Of a stretch of 64,000 bases of DNA, positions 18,240 through 27,634 are shown piece by piece. The DNA lies in contig JAGWLG010000003.1 of the NCBI GenBank assembly GCA_028864975.1, positions 86,150 to 150,149 on the forward strand, given 5' to 3'. How positions within the stretch are numbered: position 1 is the first letter of the stretch; each line of letters begins with the position of its first letter. This stretch comes from Thermoplasmata archaeon. Its GTDB lineage: Archaea > Thermoplasmatota > Thermoplasmata > Lutacidiplasmatales > UBA184. Made by a program: the position numbers and the translations under genes. The notes beneath the pieces are model-generated. The model did no database searches. It had not been told where the DNA came from and saw only the letters and a list, made by a program, of their open reading frames with translations.

Positions 18240-20939
18240 ATGGCCCTCTGGCAAGGCGTCGCCCTCCCGCTCGTGGCCGTGGCCCTCGTGCTCATCCTCG
18301 CCCCCGCAGGTTCCCTCGGCTTCACCCTGACGCACGGGGCCGACGTGCGCCCCTCGACGCCCTCGCACCTCGTCGCCGCCGTCCAGGGAGCGCACTCGCT
18401 CCCTCGCGAGGGCACCTCGTCCGGGGGAGGGCGCTCTCCCGCTGCCCCTTCCGTCTCACCCTGCGGCTTTCCCCAGTGCGTGCTGCTGCAACTCGGGACC
18501 TCGGCGTCGGTCGGGGGCTTCTACCCCACGACCACCTTCAACACCGGGACCGTGGGGGGCGCGGACCAAGTCTTCTTCCGGATCTGCGACTTCGCGGGGG
18601 ACCACTGGGCGAACGTCACGATCGAGGACCTGAACTCGAGCTCCGACGGACTTCCCACCCGCGTCTTCTATCACAGCGTCCCGCTGGTCTTCTCGTTGGG
18701 CTCGGGCTGCCCCGGGGGGACCGCGTTCGATTCCACCATCGCCCCGCAGCTCTTCTACACGCTTCCGCGCAGCCTCGTCCAGGGGGGCACCTGGCTCTTC
18801 AACGTGACCGCGAGCACATCCTCGTGGTCGATGAACGAGCTCAACTTCCACGTCGACACCTACTTCGTGCAGCTCACCCCGGACCAGCTCGACCATCTTC
18901 CGGGGGACCGTGCCACGGTCTTCTACCAGGTGCTCTCGTACGTGACCCAAGGGCCGGAGTCCGGGAGCCTTGCCTTCCGCGCCAACGGGCTCTACGTCAA
19001 CGGTTCCCGCCCGTACGCGGTGACCGCGCTGCCACCTCTCACGCCGCCCGTTTCGGCGGCGCAAGGGGAGATCTCCTTCCTCATTCCGCAGGACGCGCAG
19101 CGGGGGCAATGGGCCTACGTGAACCTCTGGGCGAACCTCACGGCGAGCGGAAGGACCGGCATGGAGACGGGTCGGCTCACCTTCTCCATCGCGCAGGTCA
19201 TCGCTCCCGAGGTCTGCGCTTCGACGACGACGGACGGGGGCCCCATTCCGTGTCCTTCGCCGCTCTCCTTCCCGCAAGGGAGCGAGCTCGTGGTCCGCGA
19301 GGACGCGGTCATGGGAGCCCTGTCCGGGACGGTCCTCGGAGCGATCCCTGGGGCCACGTTCTCGCTTCAGCTCTACGCCTCGGGCGTCCCGGTCTCCGCC
19401 CCACCCTCCTTCCCGACCTCGGTGACCGCGGACGCCTCGGGGACGGCCCGGGAGGTCCTGGACACGACCGTCCTCAGGGTCTCCTCGCTCACGATCAGTG
19501 TCACGGTGACCGACCCGCAGAACCCTTCGCTCACGAACCGCAGCACGCTCAACATCACGCTGCTAGGGAACTCGAGCCAGGTGGCCGTCGTGATCTCGCT
19601 CAACAGCACGCAGTACTACGGCGGGGACACCCTCGGTGGGACCTTCGCGCTCGTCCTCCCGGGCGGGGGCGGAGGGACGCCCCCCTACTGGACCGCCTAC
19701 GCGTACCAGGTCTACTTCTTCGCGGGCTCGACCGTCTGCCCGATGCTCCCCACGGGGGCGCTGGAAGCGCAGGGGAACCTTTCGGGGGGCTCTGGGAACG
19801 TGCCGCCCTACACGCTCGCCCTGTCGATGAACGGGATCGTCGAGCTCATCATCTTCGCGCACAACGGCACCTCCGCGTCGAGCCTGGGGATCTTCTCGAT
19901 GGCCTGCGCCCTGGTCTCGCCGCCGCAGATCCTCGTAAATCCCTCCGAGGTGAACTACCTCCCCGGCGACACCATCACGGTGGGCATCACGGGGCAGGGC
20001 TCCGTGCTGGTCCGCGGGAACCCCTCGTACTACGCTAACGTCGTCGGGTTCGCGAGCGTCAGCGGGCACACCCCGTGCTCGGGCAGCACGATGCAGGTGC
20101 TCTACGGGGGAGCGGTCTCGGGCACCACCTTCTCCTTCACCGTCCCCAAGAACGGGGCCTCGATCTGCTACGAGGTGAGCGTTTCGGCCGAGACCTCGAG
20201 CGGCCTGGTGAGCGGCGAGGACGTGGAGCTGGACGAGGTCAACGGGTTCTCGCTCACGGCCTCCGTCTCGAGCCCCTCCCAGTATACGGACGGGAGCTTC
20301 CAGCCCGGACAGACCATCGACCTCGCTTACGCGCTGACGGCGCTGGGAAGCTCGTCGCTCCCTCGCGCGGTCACGCTCCTGGTCCAGCTCGGCGTCGAGC
20401 CCGCGACCCGGACGCAGCAGGCCTCCACCTCGGGTACGTTCTCGGTCGGCATTCCCTCGAACCAGGGGGGAGGGCTCCTCCTCATCTCCGTCGAGGCCGA
20501 GGTGGCGGACCCCAACTCCCCCGGGGGGGTCCAGTACGTCTCCACCATCACGGGGGTCATGGTCCACCCCAACCCCTCCTGGCTCGAGCAGGAGCTCTCG
20601 CCGGGGGGAGGGTTCACCAACGGGGACCTCCTGGTGGTGGTCGTCATCCTGGCGATCGCCGCGATCGGGCTGCTCCTCTGGTGGCGCGGCCGTTGGGAGC
20701 GCCCTTCGAAGCACTTCCGCGAGTCGCATGGAACGAAGGGCGAGGCGCATCCAATGCACCCGGAGCCTGTCGAGCCGGGCCCTCCCCTGTCCGCCCCCGT
20801 CGACGAGGTCGCCCCCGCGCCCTTCGGGGATGCGGGACCGAGCTCGCCCCCTGCGGTCCCGGGGGGGAGACTGCGCCCCGAACCGCCACCGGAGCCCCCC
20901 GCGGTGACTCCCGGGCCCCCCACCTCCTCGGAATACTGA
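18240..20939 (+). CDS. Large secreted, C-terminally membrane-anchored multi-Ig-like surface glycoprotein
   Basis: Signal peptide; S/T/G-rich beta domains with repeated (L/Y/Q)xPG(D/Q)T-type starts; many N-x-S/T sequons; C-terminal TM plus Pro-rich tail. Confidence 0.85.
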   Translation: MALWQGVALPLVAVALVLILAPAGSLGFTLTHGADVRPSTPSHLVAAVQGAHSLPREGTSSGGGRSPAAPSVSPCGFPQCVLLQLGTSASVGGFYPTTTFNTGTVGGADQVFFRICDFAGDHWANVTIEDLNSSSDGLPTRVFYHSVPLVFSLGSGCPGGTAFDSTIAPQLFYTLPRSLVQGGTWLFNVTASTSSWSMNELNFHVDTYFVQLTPDQLDHLPGDRATVFYQVLSYVTQGPESGSLAFRANGLYVNGSRPYAVTALPPLTPPVSAAQGEISFLIPQDAQRGQWAYVNLWANLTASGRTGMETGRLTFSIAQVIAPEVCASTTTDGGPIPCPSPLSFPQGSELVVREDAVMGALSGTVLGAIPGATFSLQLYASGVPVSAPPSFPTSVTADASGTAREVLDTTVLRVSSLTISVTVTDPQNPSLTNRSTLNITLLGNSSQVAVVISLNSTQYYGGDTLGGTFALVLPGGGGGTPPYWTAYAYQVYFFAGSTVCPMLPTGALEAQGNLSGGSGNVPPYTLALSMNGIVELIIFAHNGTSASSLGIFSMACALVSPPQILVNPSEVNYLPGDTITVGITGQGSVLVRGNPSYYANVVGFASVSGHTPCSGSTMQVLYGGAVSGTTFSFTVPKNGASICYEVSVSAETSSGLVSGEDVELDEVNGFSLTASVSSPSQYTDGSFQPGQTIDLAYALTALGSSSLPRAVTLLVQLGVEPATRTQQASTSGTFSVGIPSNQGGGLLLISVEAEVADPNSPGGVQYVSTITGVMVHPNPSWLEQELSPGGGFTNGDLLVVVVILAIAAIGLLLWWRGRWERPSKHFRESHGTKGEAHPMHPEPVEPGPPLSAPVDEVAPAPFGDAGPSSPPAVPGGRLRPEPPPEPPAVTPGPPTSSEY

Positions 20940-20996
20940 TCCTCGCGCGCACCTCAAGCATAATACGGTGGGCCTCTCCGGCGCTCGTCGGGGGTC

Positions 20997-22343
20997 GTGC
21001 GCGTGCCGGTCAGCGCCATCATCGGAGCGCAGTTCGGAGACGAGGCCAAGGGGAAGGTCACCGACTACCTGTGCGCGAGGGCGGATATCTCCGTCCGGTA
21101 CCAGGGAGGGCCCAACGCGGGCCACTCCGTCCAGCCGGGGGAGCAGATGGTGGTCCTCCACCAGCTCTCCGCCGGCATCCTTCGCTCGGGGTGTGTCGCG
21201 GTGAGCGGGCCGGGGATGGTCATCTCCCCGCCAAGCCTTCTGGACGAGCTCGAAGGGCTCCGGCGCCAGGGCGAGCTCCGAGGAGAGCTGCGCGTGAGCG
21301 AGCGGGCCCACGTCGTGCTGCCGCTGCACCGGGCGCAGGACGGTTGGGAGGAGAAGGTCCGCGGGGTCCATGCCACGGGAACCACGTTGCGGGGGATCGG
21401 ACCGGCCTACATGGACCGTGTCGGCCGATGGGGGATCCGCATGGCGGACCTCTCGCGACCCGAGATCATCAAACAGAAGCTGGAGCTGCTCTACGCCGCG
21501 AAGAAGCACCTGCGCGACGAGGTCCCGGACCTGCCGTCGATCGACACGCTCACGGAGGAGCTCCGCCAGCAGGGGCTCGCGCTCAAGCCGTACCTCGCGA
21601 ACACGGAGCCCTACCTATGGGGGGCCGCTCGCAGCGGGAAGCGGATCATTCTCGAGGGGGCCCAGAGCGCGCTCCTGGACGTCGACTTCGGGACCTACCC
21701 GTTCGTGACCTCCTCGCATCCCACCGCTGCGGGGGCGCTCGTTGGGAGCGGCCTTCCGCCCCAGGAACTGGATGATGTCGTCGGGGTGGCCAAGGCCTAC
21801 TCCACCCGTGTTGGGAGCGGCCCTTTCCCCACCGAGCTCGAGGGGGCCGCCGCCGACCGGCTTCGGGAGATGGGGGGGGAGCGTGGTGCCACGACGGGGC
21901 GACCGCGTCGATGTGGATGGATGGACCTCGTCCTCCTACGGTATGCCGCGAGGCTCAACGGGTTCACGTCTCTCGCGATCACGAAGGTCGACGTTCTCGG
22001 CGGCGAACCGGAGGTCCCGGTGTGCGTGGGCTACGAGCTCCCAAACGGTGAAAGGTCGGACGAATACCCACCGGTCCTGGCGGAGGACCTAGAAGCGGTC
22101 TCCCCGGTCTGGAGGACCTTCCCGGGATGGGGAGAGTTCACCCCGAAGCTCCGCGCGAGACTGGCGGAACAGGGATGGCGGGCGCTGCCGACCGAGCTCA
22201 AGCGCTACCTCGCGTTCATCGGCGGTGAGACGGGAGCCCCCGTCACCGTCGTGAGCTACGGGCCGCGTCGGGACGAGACCGTCGAGGTCCCACCGAACGC
22301 TTTCGAGACCGCGGCCGGGATCTCAGAGTGGCATCCGAACTGA
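20997..22343 (+). CDS. purA: Adenylosuccinate synthetase
   Basis: GAQFGDEAKGK, GGPNAGH, GIGPAY, EGAQSALLDVDFGTYPFVTSS, TTGRPRRCGW and TKVDVL. Confidence 0.96.
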   Translation: MRVPVSAIIGAQFGDEAKGKVTDYLCARADISVRYQGGPNAGHSVQPGEQMVVLHQLSAGILRSGCVAVSGPGMVISPPSLLDELEGLRRQGELRGELRVSERAHVVLPLHRAQDGWEEKVRGVHATGTTLRGIGPAYMDRVGRWGIRMADLSRPEIIKQKLELLYAAKKHLRDEVPDLPSIDTLTEELRQQGLALKPYLANTEPYLWGAARSGKRIILEGAQSALLDVDFGTYPFVTSSHPTAAGALVGSGLPPQELDDVVGVAKAYSTRVGSGPFPTELEGAAADRLREMGGERGATTGRPRRCGWMDLVLLRYAARLNGFTSLAITKVDVLGGEPEVPVCVGYELPNGERSDEYPPVLAEDLEAVSPVWRTFPGWGEFTPKLRARLAEQGWRALPTELKRYLAFIGGETGAPVTVVSYGPRRDETVEVPPNAFETAAGISEWHPN

Positions 22344-22421
22344 AGGCCGCGAGGCCCGCTCCAGTTCGGCCTGGGGAGCAATCTTTACCCTGTCGTTGAA
22401 CTGGGCCCGCCGCGCCGACAG

Positions 22422-22494
22422 GGGCTCGTAGTCCAGCGGTTAAGACGGCTGTCTCACACACAGCAGATCCCCGGTTCGAATCCGGGCGAGCCCA
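22422..22494 (+). tRNA. tRNA-Val(CAC)
   Basis: GGGCTCG/CGAGCCC acceptor stem, GCTGT-CTCACAC-ACAGC anticodon arm, GGTTCGAATCC T arm; no intron; CCA not encoded. Confidence 0.96.
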
Positions 22495-22560
22495 CTCGCT
22501 TGACCCTTCTCGGTTCCCGCTTCGCGGGGACCTCAGGAGCCGACCGGGAACACGAGCGGG

Positions 22561-23010
22561 TCAGGGCCGGGCCGACTTCGCCCTGTGGTACTCGGCCTTG
22601 ACCGCGGGAGCATCATCGCGGAACTCGCTCTCCAAGAACTCTCGAGCCGCGGCCTCGACCCCCTCCGGAGGTAGGGTGGGGGACGTGAACTCTCCATAGA
22701 CATCGATGCGGGTCTTCTCGCCCTGCGGCTTGTAGACGTAGACGAACTTCGACCCCGCCAGTACGCCGTCGAGCCACTCGGTGGTCACGGAGATGGGCGG
22801 AACCATCGTGATCCGCATTCGGTCGGGAGCCCACTTCCCCCTGAGAAGCCTCTCCGAGCCGTACTCGATGGTGATCTCCGAGACTTTCTTGAACTTCGGG
22901 TTCCGGGTCGTCTTGTGGGCCGCATCATGGCCCTCGCCGCCGAAGATGTACTTCCAGACGAAATCGACCGGCGCTTCGAACTCGCTTCCCTCATCCTTCA
23001 GATAGACCAT
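22561..23010 (-). CDS. Hypothetical protein, possible START/SRPBCC fold
   Basis: FEAPVDFVWKY N-terminal motif, beta-rich middle and long C-terminal helix; divergent from an HxlR regulator. Confidence 0.65.
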   Translation of the reverse strand: MVYLKDEGSEFEAPVDFVWKYIFGGEGHDAAHKTTRNPKFKKVSEITIEYGSERLLRGKWAPDRMRITMVPPISVTTEWLDGVLAGSKFVYVYKPQGEKTRIDVYGEFTSPTLPPEGVEAAAREFLESEFRDDAPAVKAEYHRAKSARP

Positions 23011-23086
23011 GGTGTCCCAGCCCCTCTTGCCCCCTCTATCTGCGGGGGTCTATTTCAGTGCGTAGGCGAAAGAAAGTAGGACGGAC

Positions 23087-23530
23087 ATGACCGCAGCTTC
23101 TCAGCGCAGGACGCACGTCCGTGTCCGCCTGAACTTCCTAGCGTACCCGATGCAGTCGAGCCTCGGTGTTCTGGGTCGGCGATGGGCCTTCCTCATTCTG
23201 ATGCACATCGCGATGGGGCAAGCTCAGAGATTCAACCAACTGCTCCGGAAGTCACCCGGGATGGGGAAGCGGATCCTGGCCATGCGCCTGCGAGAGCTCG
23301 AGGAGCTCGAGTTCATCGTGCGCGTCCAAGAGCACGGGGGACACACCATCTGGCGGCTCACTCCGAAAGGACAGGATGTCCTTCCGGTCATGCTGACCCT
23401 GATCCATTTTGCTTCGAAGTGGCGAGCGACCGAGGATCCCTCGAAGGGGCCGAGCCCGTCCCTCGCTAGGGAGTTCGACGTCGTCGTCCACCAGGCCCTA
23501 TCTCGACCCAGGTCTGAGGTTCGAAAATAG
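23087..23530 (+). CDS. HxlR-family winged-helix transcriptional regulator
   Basis: SSLGVLGRRWAFLIL...RFNQLLRKSPGMGKRILAMRLRELEE...WRLTPKG. Confidence 0.88.
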   Translation: MTAASQRRTHVRVRLNFLAYPMQSSLGVLGRRWAFLILMHIAMGQAQRFNQLLRKSPGMGKRILAMRLRELEELEFIVRVQEHGGHTIWRLTPKGQDVLPVMLTLIHFASKWRATEDPSKGPSPSLAREFDVVVHQALSRPRSEVRK

Positions 23531-23816
23531 GTCGACCTGTGGGAAGCCCCCTTCTTGGTCGACGCCTTCGGCGGCAGCTCCAGGCACTGACCTGGAGAAG
23601 AAGCGTGGTAAGGACGTGCTCTCGGACAGGTCCTTCGTCGGACCGAGATCCGCTCTCTGGGGTTCTTCTCCTGGGTTCGGACCTGGGGTGAGGGCGGGGG
23701 CTCGCGGTTCTCGCCGGGGGCAAGGTGCGGACGAAGGTTCCGAAACGAAACCTGGCCTGCGAGCGCTCTTCCCGAACGGAACCCCACCTTCAAGCACCCC
23801 ACCCTTGTGAGCACCC

Positions 23817-24305
23817 TTGATGAGCGCGACCGAGGTTTTTGTGCACAGTCTGGGCGAGACGTTCCCGACCTTCCCCCGAGAAGAGACCCCCGCCCCCTCC
23901 TTCCGACCCCTCTTGGCGGACGAGCTAGCACACCAGGGCCGTGAGGTGCTCTTCCTCTCCGACCCATCGACACCCGCACCGGCCGAAGAGGACCTGGAGC
24001 TCGTCAAGATCGTCCCACCAAACCGCATCTGGCGGGGGCGACCCCTCGGACGCGTCGCCCGGGCGGCTCGTCGAGGGTTGAAGACGCTCCTCCGTTCCAA
24101 GGACGGGGCCCGCACGGTGCTCGGAGTGATGTGTCTACCGACCGAGGTCTCGAACCTGATGTTGCGCGCGTCCCGGAACGGGCGGCGGTACGCGCTCATG
24201 GTCGAGGGTGCTTGGCGCGCGGATGCGGACACGACGCTCGCGCTCGAGGGTCTGTCCGCGCTCGCGGAACGCACCGGGACCCAGCTCGTTCTCGTTCCCG
24301 GCTAG
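23817..24305 (+). CDS. Hypothetical protein
   Basis: Only plausible ORF in the interval; alpha/beta-like pattern; no motif recognised. Confidence 0.55.
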   Translation: MMSATEVFVHSLGETFPTFPREETPAPSFRPLLADELAHQGREVLFLSDPSTPAPAEEDLELVKIVPPNRIWRGRPLGRVARAARRGLKTLLRSKDGARTVLGVMCLPTEVSNLMLRASRNGRRYALMVEGAWRADADTTLALEGLSALAERTGTQLVLVPG

Positions 24306-24344
24306 GGGCCTCCGAGATCCGGCCCCTTCCGCTGCGGGGGGGAG

Positions 24345-24632
24345 CTAAACCACCACCTCGTAGACGACCCCGTGCGCGTCGCCGGGGGAGCCCCGGGCCG
24401 CCTTGTGAGCATCGCGGAACGCATCGCTGTCGACCCACGCAACGAAGTCCTCCTTGCGGTCCCAGCGGGTCATGACGAGGACCTCGCTGCCTGCTTCCTC
24501 CCGCCAGACCTCCATGCCCTTGAATCCTGGCCGCAGGTCCACCTTCTTGGGACGGTGGCGGAACGCTTCCACGATCTGGTCAGCCTCCTTTGGCGAGTCT
24601 ACCGTGATGCGGTTCACCGCAATCCAGGTCAT
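24345..24632 (-). CDS. Antibiotic biosynthesis monooxygenase family (IsdG/HmoA-like)
   Basis: IAVNRITV (conserved Asn), PGFKG, TRWDRKEDFVAWVDSDAFRDAH (Trp and His). Confidence 0.88.
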   Translation of the reverse strand: MTWIAVNRITVDSPKEADQIVEAFRHRPKKVDLRPGFKGMEVWREEAGSEVLVMTRWDRKEDFVAWVDSDAFRDAHKAARGSPGDAHGVVYEVVV

Positions 24633-24910
24633 CGGAATCTCTGGCCTTCCTCACCAGTAAGGTGGGAGATGGTAGCAACCCAGCCATCGGATAACGACTC
24701 CGTCAATGTCACGTTCTCCAGTCCATCCTCGTCCCGCGCGGGTCCGAGGGCCCTTGGGGGTGGCCTTCGCTGCGAGACGATACGACTCCCGGCGTCTTTG
24801 CCTCCCCTCCAGCACCAGACTTCGACCTCCTACTGTCCGGTACGAGGGCAGAGCCCTCGGATTCCGTCCCCTCGCCCCGCGTCCGAAGGGGCACCTGTCG
24901 AGGGCTCACT

Positions 24911-25924
24911 CTATGCCGAGACCAGCTTTTCGGGCCCTGAAGCAGCGTTAGCCCAACGCCTAATGTCGGCGTCGACCATGATTCGGACAAGGTCGGCGAA
25001 CTTCACCTTCGGGACCCAGCCCAACTTCTCCCGGGCTTTGCTCGCGTTCCCCAGGAGATGGTCGACGTCCGCGGGCCGGGCGAACCTGGGATCGAGCTCC
25101 ACATGCTTCGACCAGTCAGGGATCCCGACGTGGCGGAAGGCGAGGTCGACGAACTCCCGGACCGAGTGGGCCTCTCCCGTCGCACCGATGAAGTCGTTCG
25201 GGGTCGGCTGCTGCAGCATCCTCCACATCATCTCCGTGTACTCGGGGGCGTACCCCCAGTCTCGGTGCGTCTCAAGGGTCCCGAGGCGGATGGTCCTGGC
25301 GTGGCCGAGCTTGATCCGGGCGACCCCGTCGGAGACCTTTCGCGTCAGGAACTCCATGCCCCGACGTTCGGACTCGTGGTTGTAGAGGATCCCGTTCGAG
25401 ACGTGGAGCCCGTAGCTCTCCCGGTAGTTCACGCAGGCCCAGTAGGCGTAGACCTTGGCGACCCCGTAGGGACTCCTCGGGTAGAAGGGGGTCCTCTCGG
25501 TCTGGGGCGACTCGACGACCTTCCCGAACATCTCCGAGCTCGAGGCCTGGTAGAACCGCGCCTTGTCGGCCCGGCTCCTCATGGCCTCCAGCATCCGGAC
25601 GGCTCCCAGCCCGGTCACTTCGCCCGTGACCACCGGCTGGTTGAACGAAACGCCGACGAAGCTCTGGGCCGCGAGGTTGTAGATCTCGTCCGGCTCGCTC
25701 CGGCGGACCGCGGATTCCAGGGAGGCCTGGTCGTGGAGGTCTCCGTCGACCAGATGGATCCGGTCCACGATGTGATGGATGTTTTGGGTGTTGGGCGTGG
25801 AGAGCCGCCGGACCATGCCATAGACCTCGTAGCCCTTCGAGAGCAGCTGTTCCGCCAGGAAGCTCCCGTCCTGTCCCGTGATCCCCGTGATCAGGGCTCT
25901 CTTCCCTTGCGGTGCTGACGTCAC
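24911..25924 (-). CDS. gmd: GDP-mannose 4,6-dehydratase
   Basis: [54 protein letters not shown] and RDWGYA. Confidence 0.96.
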   Translation of the reverse strand: MTSAPQGKRALITGITGQDGSFLAEQLLSKGYEVYGMVRRLSTPNTQNIHHIVDRIHLVDGDLHDQASLESAVRRSEPDEIYNLAAQSFVGVSFNQPVVTGEVTGLGAVRMLEAMRSRADKARFYQASSSEMFGKVVESPQTERTPFYPRSPYGVAKVYAYWACVNYRESYGLHVSNGILYNHESERRGMEFLTRKVSDGVARIKLGHARTIRLGTLETHRDWGYAPEYTEMMWRMLQQPTPNDFIGATGEAHSVREFVDLAFRHVGIPDWSKHVELDPRFARPADVDHLLGNASKAREKLGWVPKVKFADLVRIMVDADIRRWANAASGPEKLVSA

Positions 25925-26119
25925 GGAGCGTCGGCACGCGGCGGTGCCCTTGAACCTTCCGGACGGAGGCGTCCCTTCGGTGTTCCCTGTCTCGGAAGAT
26001 GCGAACGCTACCGTGCGCCCTGAGCGCTACGAATGTCGTTGCGAGGCCTTGCGGAGCAGCTTTCTACTCCATTTCCTCTGGATTTGTGCCCTTCGCCCAG
26101 GCCGAACCTAGGAAGGACG

Positions 26120-27595
26120 ATGCACCGGAACGAGGGTTCCACGTCATCCGAGGGTCGCGACCACGCCACAGAGCGCCCCACCCCACCGAAGGAGCTTCTG
26201 GACTTCCTACACGAGGCGGAACCTCGGACCCTACTGCTTTGCGGCGTCCCGGGCGCCGGCAAGACCACGCTCGCGCTTTCGCTCCTCTACGCCCTGGACC
26301 GATCGTCCTTCTACATCTCGACCCGCGTGGGTCGAGGGAAGCTGCTGCACCACTTCCCCTGGTTGGTCGGAGCGCTCTCGCCCGACCGCCTGGTCGACCT
26401 CGAGGACGTACGGCCTGCTAGCGACCGGCAGGAGGACCTGCTCCGCCTCTTGGACCAGCTCACCGATTCAATCGACCCGCTCTCGGCCGGCCGTCGGATC
26501 CGCGATTTCCTCGATGTGCCCGAGACGCTCGCCCGGGCGCTGGGCGAGACCCCCGCGCGGGCGGGCCACCGGTTCCTGTTCATCGATAGCTGGGAGGGGC
26601 TGGTCGAGCCCTACATCCACCTGCTGGGGCTGGACGACCTCGGGAGGTCCAGCCTGGAGCATGGCCTGCTATCCCTCTTCCACGCGGCGGGGTTCTCGCT
26701 GGTACTCTGCGCGGAAGGCACGGCCCCTCAGGCCCTCTCCTACCTTGCCGATGGCGTGGTCGAGCTCCGGTCGGAGGCCCTCGACGGGGGCATCCTGCGG
26801 CACTTCGAGGTCCGGAAGCTCCGGGGTGTGTCGATCCCGCGGACCTCGACAGCCTTCACGCTTCACGGGGGCTACTTCACCTGCTGTCCCCCGCTTCCCC
26901 ACCTCCTGCGGCCCCCTCACGGGGTCATCCCCCACACGGCCGCACCGACAGGACCTTTGGAGGCCCTGAGCTTCGGAATCCCGTGCCTCGACCAGAGTGT
27001 CGGGGTCATCGCCCCGGGGGAGACGATCCTCACCGAGCTCGACGGGAAGGTCTCCTCGATCCCGCTGATCGCCCTTCTCGGCCCGCTCTACCTCCGTGCT
27101 CTCCAGGGGGGTTGGAAGGTGACGCTGTTGACCGACCTGGCGCTCTCTCCCCGCGTCGTCTCGGAGACACTTCGTCACGACTTCCCCGAAGCGGCGCAGA
27201 GCTTCGAGCTCCAGCATCTTCCGACCTCCAGCCGGCGGGGCCCGAAGGAGCTCTGGGAGGACCTCCGTGCTTCCCTGGGACCCCGAACGGTCCTGGGGGT
27301 GTCGGTGCGTTCGCTCATGGCGCTCACTCCTCTTCCGGGAGAGGACCTGGTTTCCCGGATCGCCGAGCTCCAGATCCTGGCTCGCGAACAAGGCGCCGTG
27401 CTCTCCCTCGTTATCGGAGCGCGCGACCCGTTGCTCTCCCTGCTGGCGACGCTCGTGCCCCTCCATCTTACCCTGACCGACCACCATGGGACGTTCATCA
27501 TCGGCGGGAGGTACCCCGTGGTCCCCCGGGTGGCCATCCTGGTCGAAGGGAGCTCCGACCGCGACCGCCACTACCGGTACGTTCCCGTGGCCTGA
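26120..27595 (+). CDS. KaiC/RAD55/GvpD-like P-loop ATPase with degenerate second RecA-fold domain
   Basis: Walker A GVPGAGKT, YISTR, FIDSW, YLADGVVEL and KLRG; second domain starts SFGIPCLD but has no Walker A; RBS GGAAGG before the ATG. Confidence 0.85.
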   Translation: MHRNEGSTSSEGRDHATERPTPPKELLDFLHEAEPRTLLLCGVPGAGKTTLALSLLYALDRSSFYISTRVGRGKLLHHFPWLVGALSPDRLVDLEDVRPASDRQEDLLRLLDQLTDSIDPLSAGRRIRDFLDVPETLARALGETPARAGHRFLFIDSWEGLVEPYIHLLGLDDLGRSSLEHGLLSLFHAAGFSLVLCAEGTAPQALSYLADGVVELRSEALDGGILRHFEVRKLRGVSIPRTSTAFTLHGGYFTCCPPLPHLLRPPHGVIPHTAAPTGPLEALSFGIPCLDQSVGVIAPGETILTELDGKVSSIPLIALLGPLYLRALQGGWKVTLLTDLALSPRVVSETLRHDFPEAAQSFELQHLPTSSRRGPKELWEDLRASLGPRTVLGVSVRSLMALTPLPGEDLVSRIAELQILAREQGAVLSLVIGARDPLLSLLATLVPLHLTLTDHHGTFIIGGRYPVVPRVAILVEGSSDRDRHYRYVPVA

Positions 27596-27634
27596 CGAGC
27601 CTCCCAAGGGAACCTTCCTTTACCTCCCGACACC

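Noticed and set aside
26120-27595. Gas vesicle or circadian clock system
   Set aside because: GvpD/KaiC-like ATPase only; no gvpA or other gvp genes and no kaiB in the window.
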